A stretch of 64,000 bases of DNA from Eledone cirrhosa. Its lineage: Eukaryota. The position numbers and the translations under genes were made by a program. The notes below the pieces were generated by a model. It saw nothing but the letters and a program-made list of their open reading frames with translations, had not been told where the DNA came from and ran no database searches. The stretch covers positions 12,772,001 to 12,836,000 of the forward strand of contig OZ024744.1 in assembly GCA_964016885.1 (NCBI GenBank), written 5' to 3'. Shown one piece after another: positions 1-15,000 of this stretch (the first letter of the stretch is position 1; each line of letters begins with the position of its first letter).

Positions 1-3000
1 GTGGTCATGTAGGTGTCACAACAAAAAGTACCCAGTCCACACTGTAAAGTAGTCATGTAGGTGTTACAACAAAAAGTACCCAGTCCACACTGTAAAGTGG
101 TCATGTAGGTGTCACAACAGAAAGTACCCCTCCACACTGTAACGTGGTTGTGTAGGTCTCACAACAAAAAGTACCCCTCCACACTGTAACGTGGTTGTGT
201 AGGTCTCACAACAAAAAGTACCCACTACACACTGTAAAGTGGTCATGTAGGTGTCATGACAAAAAGTACCCAGTACACACTGTAAAGTAGTCCTGTAGGA
301 GTCACAACAGAAAGTACCCAGTCCACACTGTAAAGTGGTCATGTAGGTGTTACAACAAAAAGTACCCAGTCCACACTGTAAAGTGGTTATGTAGGTGTCA
401 CAACAAAAAGTACCCAGTCCACACTGTAAAGTGCTCATGTAGGTATCACAACAAAAAGTACCCAGTCACACTGTAAAGTGGTCATGTAGGTGTCACAACA
501 GAAAGTACCCATCCACACTGTAACGTGGTTGTGTAGGTGTTACAACAAAAAGTACCCAGTCCACACTGTAAAGTGGTCATGTAGGTCTCACAACAGAAAG
601 TACCCAGTCCACACAGTAAAGTGGTCATGTAGGTCTCACAACAGAAAGTACCCAGTCCACACTGTAAAGTGGTTGTGTAGGTGTCACAACAGAAAGTACC
701 CAGTACACACTGTAAAGTGGTCATGTAGGTCTCAAAACAGAAAGTACCCAGTCCACACTGTAGCCTGGTCATATAGGTGTCACAACAGAAAGTACCCAGA
801 ACACACTGTAACGTGGTTATGTAGGTATCACAACAAAAAGTACCCAGTACACACTGTAAAGTGGTCATGTAGATGTTACAACAAAAAGTACCCAGTACAC
901 ACTGTAAAGTGGTCATGTAGGTATCACAACAAAAAGTACCCAGTCCACACTGTAACGTGGTTATGTAGGTATCACAACAAAAAGTACCCAGTCCACACTG
1001 TAACGTGGTCATGTAGGTGCCACAACAAAAAGTACACAGTCCACACTGTAAAGTAGTCATGTAGGTGTTACAACAAAAAGTACCCAGTACACACTGTAAA
1101 GTGGTTATGTAGGTATCACAACAAAAAGTACCCAGTACACACTGTAAAGTGGTCATGTAGGTGTCATGACAAAAAGTACCCAGTACACACTGTAAAGTGG
1201 TCATGTAGGTGTCATGACAAAAAGTACGCAGTACACACTATAAAGTAGTCCTGTAGGAGTCACAACAGAAAGTACCCAGTCCACACTGTAAAGTGGTCAT
1301 GTAGGTGTTACAACAAAAAGTACCCAGTACACACTGTAAAGTGGTTATGTAGGTATCACAACAAAAAGTACCCAGTCCACACTGTAACGTGGTTATGTAG
1401 GTGTCACAACAAAAAGTACCCAGTCCACACTGTAAAGTGGTCATGTAGGTATCACAACAAAAAGTACCCAGTCCACACTGTAAAGTGGTAATGTAGGTGT
1501 CACAACAGAAAGTACCCTTCCACACTGTAACGTGGTTGTGTAGGTCTCACAACAAAAAGTAACCAGTACACACTGTAAAGTGTTCATGTAGGTTGCACAA
1601 CAAAAAGTACCCAGTACACACTGTAAAGTGGTCATGTAGGTGTCATGACAAAAAGTACCCACTACACACTGTAAAGTGGTCATGTAGGTGTCATGAAAAA
1701 AAGTACCCAGTACACACTGTAAAGTAGTCCTGTAGGAGTCACAACAGAAAGTACCCAGTCCACACTGTAAAGTGGTCATGTAGGTGTTATAACAAAAAGT
1801 ACCCAGTACACACTGTAAAGTGGTCATGTAGGTATCACAACAAAAAGTACCCAGTACACACTGTAAAGTGGTCATGTAGGTATCAAAACAAAAAGTACGC
1901 AGTCCAGACTGTAAAGTAGTCCTGTAGGAGTCACAACAGAAAGTACCCATCCACACTGTAACATGGTTGTGTAGGTCTCACAACAAAAAGTACCCAGTAC
2001 ACACTGTAAAGTGTTCATGTAGGTGTCACAACAAAAAGTACCCAGTACACACTGTAACGTGGTTATGTAGGTATCACAACAAAAAGTACCCAGTACACAC
2101 TGTAAAGTGGTCATGTAGGTGTCATGACAAAAAGTACCCACTACACACTGTAAAGTAGTCCTGTAGGAGTCACAACAGAAAGTACCCAGTCCACACTGTA
2201 AAGTAGTCATGTAGGTGTTACAACAAAAAGTACCCAGTACACACTGTAAAGTGGTTATGTAGGTATCACAACAAAAAGTACCCAGTACACACTGTAAAGT
2301 GGTCATGTAGGTGTCATGACAAAAAGTACCCAGTACATACTATAAAGTAGTCCTGTAGGAGTCACAACAGAAAGTACCCAGTCCACACTGTAAAGTGGTC
2401 ATGTAGGTATCACAACAAAAAGTACCCAGTCCACACTGTAAAGTGGTAATGTAGGTGTCACAACAGAAAGTACCCATCCACACTCTAACATGGTTGTGTA
2501 GGTCTCACAACAAAAAGTACCCAGTACACACTGTAAAGTGTTCATGTAGGTGTCACAACAAAAAGTACCCAGTACACACTGTAACGTGGTTATGTAGGTA
2601 TCACAACAAAAATTACCCAGTACACACTGTAAAGTGGTCATGTAGGTGTCATGACAAAAAGTACCCACTACACACTGTAAAGTAGTCCTGTAGGAGTCAC
2701 AACAGAAAGTACCCAGTACACACTGTAAAGTAGTCCTGTAGGTGTCACAACAGAAAGTACCCAGTACACACTGTAAAGTGGACATGTAGGTGTCACAACA
2801 GAAAGTACACAGTACACACTGTAACGTGGTCATGTAGGTGTCACAACAAAGAGCACCCAGTCCACACTGTAAAGTGGTCATGTAGGTGTCACAACAAAAA
2901 GTACCCAGTCCACAATGTAAAGTAGTCATGTAGGTGTTACAACAAAAAGTACCCAGTCCACACTGTAAAGTGGTCATGTAGGTGTCACAACAGAAAGTAC

Positions 3001-6000
3001 CCCTCCACACTGTAACGTGGTTGTGTAGGTCTCACAACAAAAAGTACCCAGTACACACTGTAAAGTAGTCCTGTAGGAGTCACAACAGAAAGTACACACT
3101 CCACCCTATAAAATGGTCATGTAGGTGTTACAACAAAAAGTACCCAGTCCACACTGTAAAGTGGTTATGTAGGTGTCACAACAAAAAGTACCCAGTCCAC
3201 ACTGTAAAGTGCTCATGTAGGTATCACAACAAAAAGTACCCAGTCACACTGTAAAGTGGTCATGTAGGTGTCACAACAGAAAGTACCCATCCACACTGTA
3301 ACGTGGTTGTGTAGGTGTTACAACAAAAAGTACCCAGTCCACACTGTAAAGTGGTCATGTAGGTCTCACAACAGAAAGTACCCAGTCCACACAGTAAAGT
3401 GGTCATGTAGGTCTCACCACAGAAAGTACCCAGTCCACACTGTAAAGTGGTTGTGTAGGTGTCACAACAGAAAGTACCCAGTACACACTGTAAAGTGGTC
3501 ATATAGGTCTCAAAACAGAAAGTACCCAGTCCACACTGTAGCCTGGTCATATAGGTGTCACAAAAGAAAGTACCCAGAATACACTATAACGTGGTTATGT
3601 AGGTATCACAACAAAAAGTACCCAGTACACACTGTAAAGTGGTCATGTAGGTGTCATGACAAAAAGTACCCAGTACACACTGTAAAGTAGTCATGTAGGT
3701 GTCATGACAAAAAGTACCCAGTACACACTGTAACGTGGTTATGTAGGTGTCACAACAAAAAATACCCAGTACACACTGTAAAGTGGTTGTGTAGGTATCA
3801 CAACAGAAAGTACCCAGTACACACTGTAAAGTAGTCCTGTAGGTGTCACAACAGAAAGTACCCAGTCCACACTGTAAAGTGGTTGTGTAGGTATCACAAC
3901 AGAAAGTACGCAGTACACACTGTAAAGTAGTCCTGTAGGTGTCACAACAGAAAGTCCCCAGTACACACTGTAACGTGGTCATGTAGGTGTCACAGCAGAA
4001 AGTACCCAGTACACACTGTAACGTGGTTGTGTAGGTATCACAACAAAAAGTACCCAGTACACACTGTAAAGTGGTCATGTAGGTGTCATGACAAAAAGTA
4101 CCCACTACACACTGTAAAGTGGTCATGAAGGTGTCATGAAAAAAAGTACCCAGTACACACTGTAAAGTAGTCCTGTAGGAGTCACAACAAAAAGTACCCA
4201 GGCCACACTGTAAAGTGGTCATGTAGGTGTTACAACAAAAAGTACCCAGTACACACTGTAAAGTGGTCATGTAGGTATCACAACAAAAAGTACCCAGTCC
4301 ACACTGTAACGTGGTTATGTAGGTATCACAACAAAAAGTACCCAGTCCACACTGTAGCCTGGTCATATAGGTGTCACAACAGAAAGTACCCAGAACACAC
4401 TGTAAAGTGGTCATGTAGGTCTCACAACAGAAAGTACCCAGTCCACACTGTAGCCTGGTCATATAGGTGTCACAACAGAAAGTACCCAGAACACACTGTA
4501 ACGTGGTTATGTAGGTATCACAACAAAAAGTACCCAGTACACACTGTAAAGTGTTCATGTAGGTGTCACAACAAAAAGTACCCAGTACACACTGTAACGT
4601 GGTTATGTAGGTATCACAACAAAAAGTACCCAGTACACACTGTAACGTGGTTGTGTAGGTATCACAACAAAAGTACCCAGACAACACTGTAACGTGGTTG
4701 TGTAGGTATCACAACAGAAAGTATCCAGTCCACACTGTAAAGTGGTTGTGTAGGTATCACAACAGAAAGTACCCAGTACACACTGTAAAGTAGTCCTGTA
4801 GGTGTGACAACAGAAAGTACCCAGTACACACTGTAAAGTGGTCATGTAGGTGTCACAACAAAAAATACCCAGTCCACACTGTAAGGTGGCTGTGTAGGTG
4901 TCACAACAAAAAGTACCCAGTACACACTGTAAAGTGGTCATGTAGGTCTCACAACAGAAAGTACCCAGTCCACACTCTAAAGTGGTCATGTAGGTCTCAC
5001 AACAGAAAGTACCCAGTCCACACTGTAGCCTGGTCATATAGGTGTCACAACAGAAAGTACCCAGAACACACTGTAACGTGGTTATGTAGGTATCACAACA
5101 AAAAGTACCCAGTACACACTGTAAAGTGTTCATGTAGGTGTCACAACAAAAAGTACCCAGTACACACTGTAACGTGGTTATGTAGGTATCACAACAAAAA
5201 GTACCCAGTACAGACTGTAACGTGGTTGTGTAGGTATCACAACAAAAGTACCCAGTCCACACTGTAACGTGGTTGTGTAGGTATCACAACAGAAAGTACC
5301 CAGTCCACACTGTAAAGTGGTTGTGTAGGTATCACAACAGAAAGTACCCAGTACACACTGTAAAGTAGTCCTGTAGGTGTGACAACAGAAAGTACCCAGT
5401 ACACACTGTAAAGTGGTCATGTAGGTGTCACAACAAAAAATACCCAGTCCACACTGTAAGGTGGCTGTGTAGGTGTCACAACAAAAAGTACCCAGTACAC
5501 ACTGTAAAGTGGTCATGTAGGTCTCACAACAGAAAGTACCCAGTCCACACTGTAAAGTGGTCATGTAGGTCTCACAACAGAAAGTACCCAGTCCACACTG
5601 TAGCCTGGTCATATAGGTGTCACAACAGAAAGTACCCAGAACACACTGTAACGTGGTTATGTAGGTATCACAACAAAAAGTACCCAGTACACACTGTAAC
5701 GTGGTTATGTAGGTATCACAACAAAAAGTACCCAGTACACACTGTAACGTGGTTGTGTAGGTATCACAACAAAAGTACCCAGTCCACAATGTAACGTGGT
5801 TGTGTAGGTATCACAACAAAGTACCCAGTCAACACTGTAAAGTGGTTGTGTAGGTATCACAACAGAAAGTACCCAGTACACACTGTAAAGTAGTCCTGTA
5901 GGTGTGACAACAGAAAGTACCCAGTACACACTGTAAAGTGGTCATGTAGGTGTCACAACAAAAAATACCCAGTCCACACTGTAAGGTGGTTGTGTAGGTG

Positions 6001-9000
6001 TCACGACAAAAAGTACCCAGTACACACTGTAAAGTGGTCATGTAGGTCTCACAACAGAAAGTACCCAGTCCACACTGTAAAGTGGTCATGTAGGTCTCAC
6101 AACAGAAAGTACCCAGTCCACACTGTAGCCTGGTCATATAGGTGTCACAACAGAAAGTACCCAGAACACACTGTAACGTGGTTATGTAGGTATCACAACA
6201 AAAAGTACCCAGTACACACTGTAAAGTGGTCATGTAGGTGTCATGACAAAAAGTACCCAGTACACGCTGTAAAGTGGTCATGCAGGTGTCATGACAAAAA
6301 GTACCCAGTCCACACTGTAAAGTGGTCATGTAGGTATCACAACAAGAAGTACCCAGTCCACACTGTAACGTGGTTGTGTAGGTATCACAACAGAAAGTAG
6401 CCAATCCACACTGTAACGTGGTTGTGTAGGTATCACAACAGAAAGTACCCAGTCCACACTGTAACGTGGTTGTGTAGGTGTCACAACAAAAAGTACCCAG
6501 TCCACACTGTAAAGTGGTTATGTAGGTGTCACAACAAAAAGTACCCAGTCCACACTGTAACGTGGTTGTGTAGGTGTCACAACAAAAAGTACCCAGTACA
6601 CACTGTAAAGTGGTCATGTAGGTGTCACAACAAAAAGTACCCAGTCCACACTGTAACGTGGTTATGTAGGTGTCACAATAAAAAGAACCCAGTCCACGCT
6701 GTAAAGTGGTCATGTAGGTGTCACAACAAAAAGTACACAGTCCACACTGTAAAGTGGTCATGTAGGTGTCACAACAAAAAGTACCCAGTCCACACTGTAA
6801 CGTGGTTATGTAGGTGTCACAACTAAAAGTACCCAGTCCACACTGTAAAGTTGTCATGTAGGTATCACAACAAAAAGTACCCAGTCCACACTGTAAAGAG
6901 GTTGAGTAGGTCTCACAACAAAAAGTACCCAATCCACACTGAAACGTGGTTGTGTAGGTATCACAACAAAAAGTACCCAGTCCACACTGTAAAGTGGTCA
7001 TATAGGTGTCACAACAAAAAGTACCCAGTCCACACTGCAAAGTGGTCATGTAGGTATCACAACAAAAAGTACCCAGACACACTGTAAAGTGGTCATGTAG
7101 GTGTCACAACAAAAAGTACCCAGTCCACACTGTAACGGGGTTGTGTAGGTATCACAACAAAAAGTACCCAGTCCACACTGTAAAGTGGTCATGTAGGTGT
7201 CACAACAAAAAGTACCCAGTCCACACTGTAATGTGGTCATGTAGGTGTCACAACATAAGTACCCAGTCCACACTGTTACGTGGTTGTGTAGGTGTCACAA
7301 CAAAAAGTACCCAGTCCACACTGTAACGTGGTTGTGTAGGTATCACAACAGAAAGTACCCAATCCACACTGTAACGTGGTTGTGTAGGTATCACAACAGA
7401 AAGTACCCAGTCCACACTGTAACGTGGTTGTGTAGGTGTCACAACAAAAAGTACCCAGTCCACACTGTAAAGTGGTCATGTAGGTGTCACAACAAAAAGT
7501 ACCCAGTCCACACTGTAAAGTGGTCATGTAGGTGTCACAACAAAAAGTACCCAGTACACACTGTAAAGTGGTCATGTAGGTGTCACAACAAAAAGTACCC
7601 AGTCCACACTGTAACGTGGTTATGTAGGTGTCACAACAAAAAGAACCCAGTCCACACTGTAAAGTGGTCATGTAGGTGTCACAACAAAAAGTCAACAGTC
7701 CACACTGTAAAGTGGTCATGTAGGTGTCACAACAAAAAGTACCCGGTCCACACTGTAACGTGGTTATGTAGGTGTCACAACTAAAGGTACCCAGTCCACA
7801 CTGTAACGTGGTCATGTAGGTCTCACAACAGAAAGTACCCAGTCCACACTGTAGCCTGGTCATATAGGTGTCACAACAGAAAGTACCCAGTCCACACTGC
7901 AAAGTGGTCATGTAGGTATCACAACAAAAAGTACCCAGTCCACACTGTAAAGTGGTCATGTAGGTATCACAACAAAAAGTACCCAGTCCACACTGTAAAG
8001 TGGTCATGTAGGTATCACAACAAAAAGTACCCAGTCGACACTGTAAAGTGGTCATGTAGGTGTCACAACAAAAAGTACCCAGTCCACACTGTAACGTGGT
8101 TGTGTAGGTATCACAACAAAAAGTACCCAGTCCACATTTTAAAGTGGTCATGTAGGTGTCACAACAAAAATTACCCAGTCCACACTGTAACGTGGTTGTG
8201 TAGGTATCACAACAAAAAGTACCCAGTCCACACTGTAAAGTGGTCATGTAGGTGTCACAACAAAAAGTACCCAGTCCACACTGTAACGTGGTCATGTAGG
8301 TGTCACAACATAAGTACCCAGTCCACACTGTTACGTGGTTGTGTAGGTGTCACAACAAAAAGTATCCAGTCCACACTGTAACGTGGTTGTGTAGGTATCA
8401 CAACAGAAAGTAACCAATCCACACTGTAACGTGGTTGTGTAGGTATCACAACAGAAAGTACCCAGTCCACACTGTAAAGTGGTCATGTAGGTGTCACAAC
8501 AAAAAGTACCCAGTCCACACTGTAAAGTGGTCATGTAGGTGTCACAACAAAAACTACCAAGTCCACACTGTAACGTGGTCATGTAGGTGTCACAACATAA
8601 GTACCCAGTCCACACTGTTACGTGGTTGTGTAGGTGTCACAACAGAAGGTACCCAGAACACACTGTAACATGGTTGTGTAGGTATCACAACAGAAAGTAC
8701 CCAGTTCACACTGTAAAGAGGTTGTGTAGGTATCACAACAGAAAGTACCAAGTCCACAATGTAAAGTGGTCATGTAGGTGTCACAACAAAAAGTACCCAG
8801 TCCACACTGTAACGTGGTTGTGTAGGTAAAACAACAAAAAGTACCCAGTCCACACTTTAAAGTGGTCATGTAGGTGTAACAACAAAAAGTACCCAGTCCA
8901 CACTGTAAAGTGGTCATGTAGGTGTCACAACAAAAAGTACCCAGTCCACACTGTAACGTGGTTGTGTAGGTATCACAACAAAAAGTACCCAGTCCACACT

Positions 9001-12000
9001 GTAATGTGGTCATGTTGGTGTCACAACATAAGTACCCAGTCCACACTGTAACGTGGTTGTGTAGGTGTCACAAGAAAAAGTACCCAGTCCACACTGTAAA
9101 GTGGTCATGTAGGTATCACAACAAGAAGTACCCAGTCCACACTGTAACGTGGTTGTGTAGGTATCACAACAGAAAGTAGCCAATCCACACTGTAACGTGG
9201 TTGTGTAGGTATCACAACAGAAAGTACCCAGTCCACACTGTAACGTGGTTGTGTAGGTGTCACAACAAAAAGTACCCAGTCCACACTGTAAAGTGGTTAT
9301 GTAGGTGTCACAACAAAAAGTACCCAGTCCACACTGTAACGTGGTTGTGTAGGTGTCACAACAAAAAGTACCCAGTACACACTGTAAAGTGGTCATGTAG
9401 GTGTCACAACAAAAAGTACCCAGTCCACACTGTAACGTGGTTATGTAGGTGTCACAATAAAAAGAACCCAGTCCACGCTGTAAAGTGGTCATGTAGGTGT
9501 CACAACAAAAAGTACACAGTCCACACTGTAAAGTGGTCATGTAGGTGTCACAACAAAAAGTACCCAGTCCACACTGTAACGTGGTTATGTAGGTGTCACA
9601 ACTAAAAGTACCCAGTCCACACTGTAAAGTTGTCATGTAGGTATCACAACAAAAAGTACCCAGTCCACACTGTAAAGTGGTTGTGTAGGTATCACAACAA
9701 AAGTACCCAGTCCACACTGTAAAGAGGTTGAGTAGGTCTCACAACAAAAAGTACCCAATCCACACTGAAACGTGGTTGTGTAGGTATCACAACAAAAAGT
9801 ACCCAGTCCACACTGTAAAGTGGTCATGTAGGTGTCACAACAAAAAGTACCCAGTCCACACTGCAAAGTGGTCATGTAGGTATCACAACAAAAAGTACCC
9901 AGACACACTGTAAAGTGGTCATGTAGGTGTCACAACAAAAAGTACCCAGTCCACACTGTAACGGGGTTGTGTAGGTATCACAACAAAAAGTACCCAGTCC
10001 ACACTGTAAAGTGGTCATGTAGGTGTAACAACAAAAAGTACCCAGTCCACACTGTAATGTGGTCATGTAGGTGTCACAACATAAGTACCCAGTCCACACT
10101 GTTACGTGGTTGTGTAGGTGTCACAACAAAAAGTACCCAGTCCACACTGTAACGTGGTTGTGTAGGTATCACAACAGAAAGTACCCAATCCACACTGTAA
10201 CGTGGTTGTGTAGGTATCACAACAGAAAGTACCCAGTCCACACTGTAACGTGGTTGTGTAGGTGTCACAACAAAAAGTACCCAGTCCACACTGTAAAGTG
10301 GTCATGTAGGTGTCACAACAAAAAGTACCCAGTACACACTGTAAAGTTGTCATGTAGGTATCACAACAAAAAGTACCCAGTCCACACTGTAACGTGGTCA
10401 TGTAGGTGCCACAACAACAAGTACCCAGTCCACACTGTAAAGTAGTCATGTAGGTGTTACAACAAAAAGTACCCAGTACACACTGTGAAGTGGTCATGTA
10501 GGTCTCACAACAGAAAGTACCCAGTCCACACTGTAGCCTGGTCATATAGGTGTCACAACAGAAAGTACCCAGTCCACACTGCAAAGTGGTCATGTAGGTA
10601 TCACAACAAAAAGTACCCAGTCCACACTGTAAAGTGGTCATGTAGGTATCACAACAAAAAGTACCCAGTCCACACTGTAAAGTGGTCATGTAGGTATCAC
10701 AACAAAAAGTACCCAGTCCACACTGTAAAGTGGTCATGTAGGTGTCACAACAAAAAGTACCCAGTCCACACTGTAACGTGGTTGTGTAGGTATCACAACA
10801 AAAAGTACCCAGTCCACACTTTAAAGTGGTCATGTAGGTGTCACAACAAAAATTACCCAGTCCACACTGTAACGTGGTTGTGTAGGTATCACAACAAAAA
10901 GTACCCAGTCCACACTGTAAAGTGGTCATGTAGGTGTCACAACAAAAAGTACCCAGTCCACACTGTAACGTGGTCATGTAGGTGTCACAACATAAGTACC
11001 CAGTCCACACTGTTACGTGGTTGTGTAGGTGTCACAACAAAAAGTACCCAGTCCACACTGTAACGTGGTTGTGTAGGTATCACAACAGAAAGTACCCAAT
11101 CCACACTGTAACGTGGTTGTGTAGGTATCACAACAGAAAGTACCCAGTCCACACTGTAAAGTGGTCATGTAGGTATCACAACAGAAAGTACCAATCCACA
11201 CTGTAACGTGGTTGTGTAGGTATCACAACAAAGAGTACCCAGTCCACTTTGTAAAGTGGTCATGTAGGTGTCACAACAAAAAGTACCCAGTACACACTGT
11301 AAAGTGGTCATGTAGGTTTCACAACAAAAAGCACCCAGTCCACACTGTAAAGTGGTCATGTAGGTGTTACAACAGAAAGTACCCAGAACACACTGTAAAG
11401 TGGTTGTGTAGGTATCACAACAGAAAGTACCCAGTCCACACTGTAAAGTGGTCATGTAGGTGTCACAACAAAAAGTACCCAGTCCACACTGTAACGTGGT
11501 TGTGTAGGTAACACAACAAAAAGTACCCAGTCCACACTTTAAAGTGGTAATGTAGGTGTAACAACAAAAAGTACCCAGTCCACACTGTAAAGTGGTCATG
11601 TAGGTGTCACAACAAAAAGTACCCAGTCCACACTGTAACGTGGTTGTGTAGGTATCACAACAAAAAGTACCCAGTCCACAATGTAATGTGGTCATGTTGG
11701 TGTCACAACATAAGTACCCAGTCCACACTGTAACGTGGTTGTGTAGGTGTCACAAGAAAAAGTACCCAGTCCACACTGTAAAGTGGTCATGTAGGTATCA
11801 CAACAAGAAGTACCCAGTCCACACTGTAACGTGGTTGTGTAGGTATCACAACAGAAAGTACCCAATCCACACTGTAACGTGGTTGTGTAGGTATCACAAC
11901 AGAAAGTACCCAGTCCACACTGTAACGTGGTTGTGTAGGTGTCACAACAAAAAGTACCCAGTCCACACTGTAAAGTGGTTATGTAGGTGTCACAACAAAA

Positions 12001-15000
12001 AGTACCCAGTCCACACTTTAACGTGGTTGTGTAGGTGTCACAACAAAAAGTACCCAGTACACACTGTAAAGTGGTCATGTAGGTGTCACAACAAAAAGTA
12101 CCCAGTCCACACTGTAACGTGGTTATGTAGGTGTCACAATAAAAAGAACCCAGTCCACACTGTAAAGTGGTCATGTAGGTGTCACAACAAAAAGTACACA
12201 GTCCACACTGTAAAGTGGTCATGTAGGTGTCACAACAAAAAGTACCCAGTCCACACTGTAACATGGTTATGTAGGTGTCACAACTAAAAGTACCCAGTCC
12301 ACACTGTAAAGTTGTCATGTAGGTATCACAACAAAAAGTACCCAGTCCACACTGTAAAGTGGTTGTGTAGGTATCACAACAAAAGTACCCAGTCCACACT
12401 GTAAAGAGGTTGAGTAGGTCTCACAACAAAAAGTACCCAATCCACACTGAAACGTGGTTGTGTAGGTATCACAACAAAAAGTACCCAGTCCACACTGCAA
12501 AGTGGTCATGTAGGTATCACAACAAAAAGTACCCAGTCCACACTGTAAAGTGGTCATGTAGGTGTCACAACAAAAAGTACCCAGTCCACACTGCAAAGTG
12601 GTCATGTAGGTATCACAACAAAAAGTACCCAGACACACTGTAAAGTGGTCATGTAGGTGTCACAACAAAAAGTACCCAGTCCACACTGTAACGTGGTTGT
12701 GTAGGTATCACAACAAAAAGTACCCAGTCCACACTGTAAAGTGGTCATGTAGGTGTCACAACAAAAAGTACCCAGTCCACACTGTAATGTGGTCATGTAG
12801 GTGTCACAACATAAGTACCCAGTCCACACTGTTACGTGGTTGTGTAGGTGTCACAACAAAAAGTACCCAGTCCACACTGTAACGTGGTTGTGTAGGTATC
12901 ACAACAGAAAGTACCCAATCCACACTGTAACGTGGTTGTGTAGGTATCACAACAGAAAGTACCCAGTCCACACTTTAACGTGGTTGTGTAGGTGTCACAA
13001 CAAAAAGTACCCAGTCCACACTGTAAAGTGGTCATGTAGGTGTCACAACAAAAAGTACCCAGTCCACACTGTAAAGTGGTCATGTAGGTGTCACAACAAA
13101 AAGTACCCAGTACACACTGTAAAGTGGTCATGTAGGTGTCACAACAAAAAGTACCCAGTCCACACTGTAACGTGGTTATGTAGGTGTCACAACTAAAGGT
13201 ACCCAGTCCACACTGTAAAGTTGTCATGTAGGTATCACAACAAAAAGTACCCAGTCCACACTGTAACGTGGTCATGTAGGTGCCACAACAAAAAGTACCC
13301 AGTACACACTGTAAAGTGGTCATGTAGGTCTCACAACAGAAAGTACCCAGTCCACACTGTAGCCTGGTCATATAGGTGTCACAACAGAAAGTACCCAGTC
13401 CACACTGCAAAGTGGTCATGTAGGTATCACAACAAAAAGTACCCAGTCCACACTGTAAAGTGGTCATGTAGGTATCACAACAAAAAGTACCCAGTCCACA
13501 CTGTAAAGTGGTCATGTAGGTATCACAACAAAAAGTACCCAGTCGACACTGTAAAGTGGTCATGTAGGTGTCACAACAAAAAGTACCCAGTCCACACTGT
13601 AACGTGGTTGTGTAGGTATCACAACAAAAAGTACCCAGTCCACATTTTAAAGTGGTCATGTAGGTGTCACAACAAAAATTACCCAGTCCACACTGTAACG
13701 TGGTTGTGTAGGTATCACAACAAAAAGTACCCAGTCCACACTGTAAAGTGGTCATGTAGGTGTCACAACAAAAAGTACCCAGTCCACACTGTAACGTGGT
13801 CATGTAGGTGTCACAACATAAGTACCCAGTCCACACTGTTACGTGGTTGTGTAGGTGTCACAACAAAAAGTACCCAGTCCACACTGTAACGTGGTTGTGT
13901 AGGTATCACAACAGAAAGTACCCAATCCACACTGTAACGTGGTTGTGTAGGTATCACAACAGAAAGTACCCAGTCCACACTGTAAAGTGGTCATGTAGGT
14001 GTCACAACAAAAAGTACCCAGTCCACACTGTAAAGTGGTCATGTAGGTGTCACAACAAAAACTACCAAGTCCACACTGTAACGTGGTCATGTAGGTGTCA
14101 CAACATAAGTACCCAGTCCACACTGTTACGTGGTTGTGTAGGTGTCACAACAGAAGGTACCCAGAACACACTGTAACATGGTTGTGTAGGTATCACAACA
14201 GAAAGTACCCAGTTCACACTGTAAAGAGGTTGTGTAGGTATCACAACAGAAAGTACCAAGTCCACAATGTAAAGTGGTCATGTAGGTATCACAACAGAAA
14301 GTACCCAGTCCACACTGTAAAGTGGTTATGTAGGTATCACAACAAAAGTACCCAGTCCACACTGTAAAGAGGTTGTGTCGGTGTCACAATAAAAAGTACC
14401 CAGTCCACACTGTAAAGTGGTCATGTAGGTATCACAACAGAAAGTACCAACCACACTGTAAAGTGGTTATGTAGGTGTCACAACAAAAAGTACCCAGTCC
14501 ACACTGTAAAGTGGTCATGTAGGTGTCAAAACAAAAAGTACCCAGTCCACACTATAAAGTGGTCATCTAGGTGTCACAACAAAAAGTACCCAGCCCACAC
14601 TGTAAAGTGGTCATGTAGGTATCACAACAAAACCACCCAGTCCACACTGTAAAGTGGTCATGTAGCTGTCACAACAAAAAGTACCCAGCCCACACTGTAA
14701 AGTTGTCATGTAGGTGTCACAACAAAAAGGACCCAGTCCACACTGTAAAGTGGTCATGTAGGTGTCACAACAGAAAGTACCCAGTCCACACCGTAAAGTG
14801 GTCATGTAGGTGTCACAACAAAAAGTAGCCAGTACACACTGTATAGTGGTCATGTAGGTGTCACAACAAAATGTACCCAGTCAACACTGTAAAGTGTCAT
14901 GTAGGTGTCACAACAGAAAGTACCCAGTCCACACTGTAATGTGGTTATGTAGGTGTCACAACAAAAAGTACCCAGTCCACACTGTAACGTGGTTGTGTAG

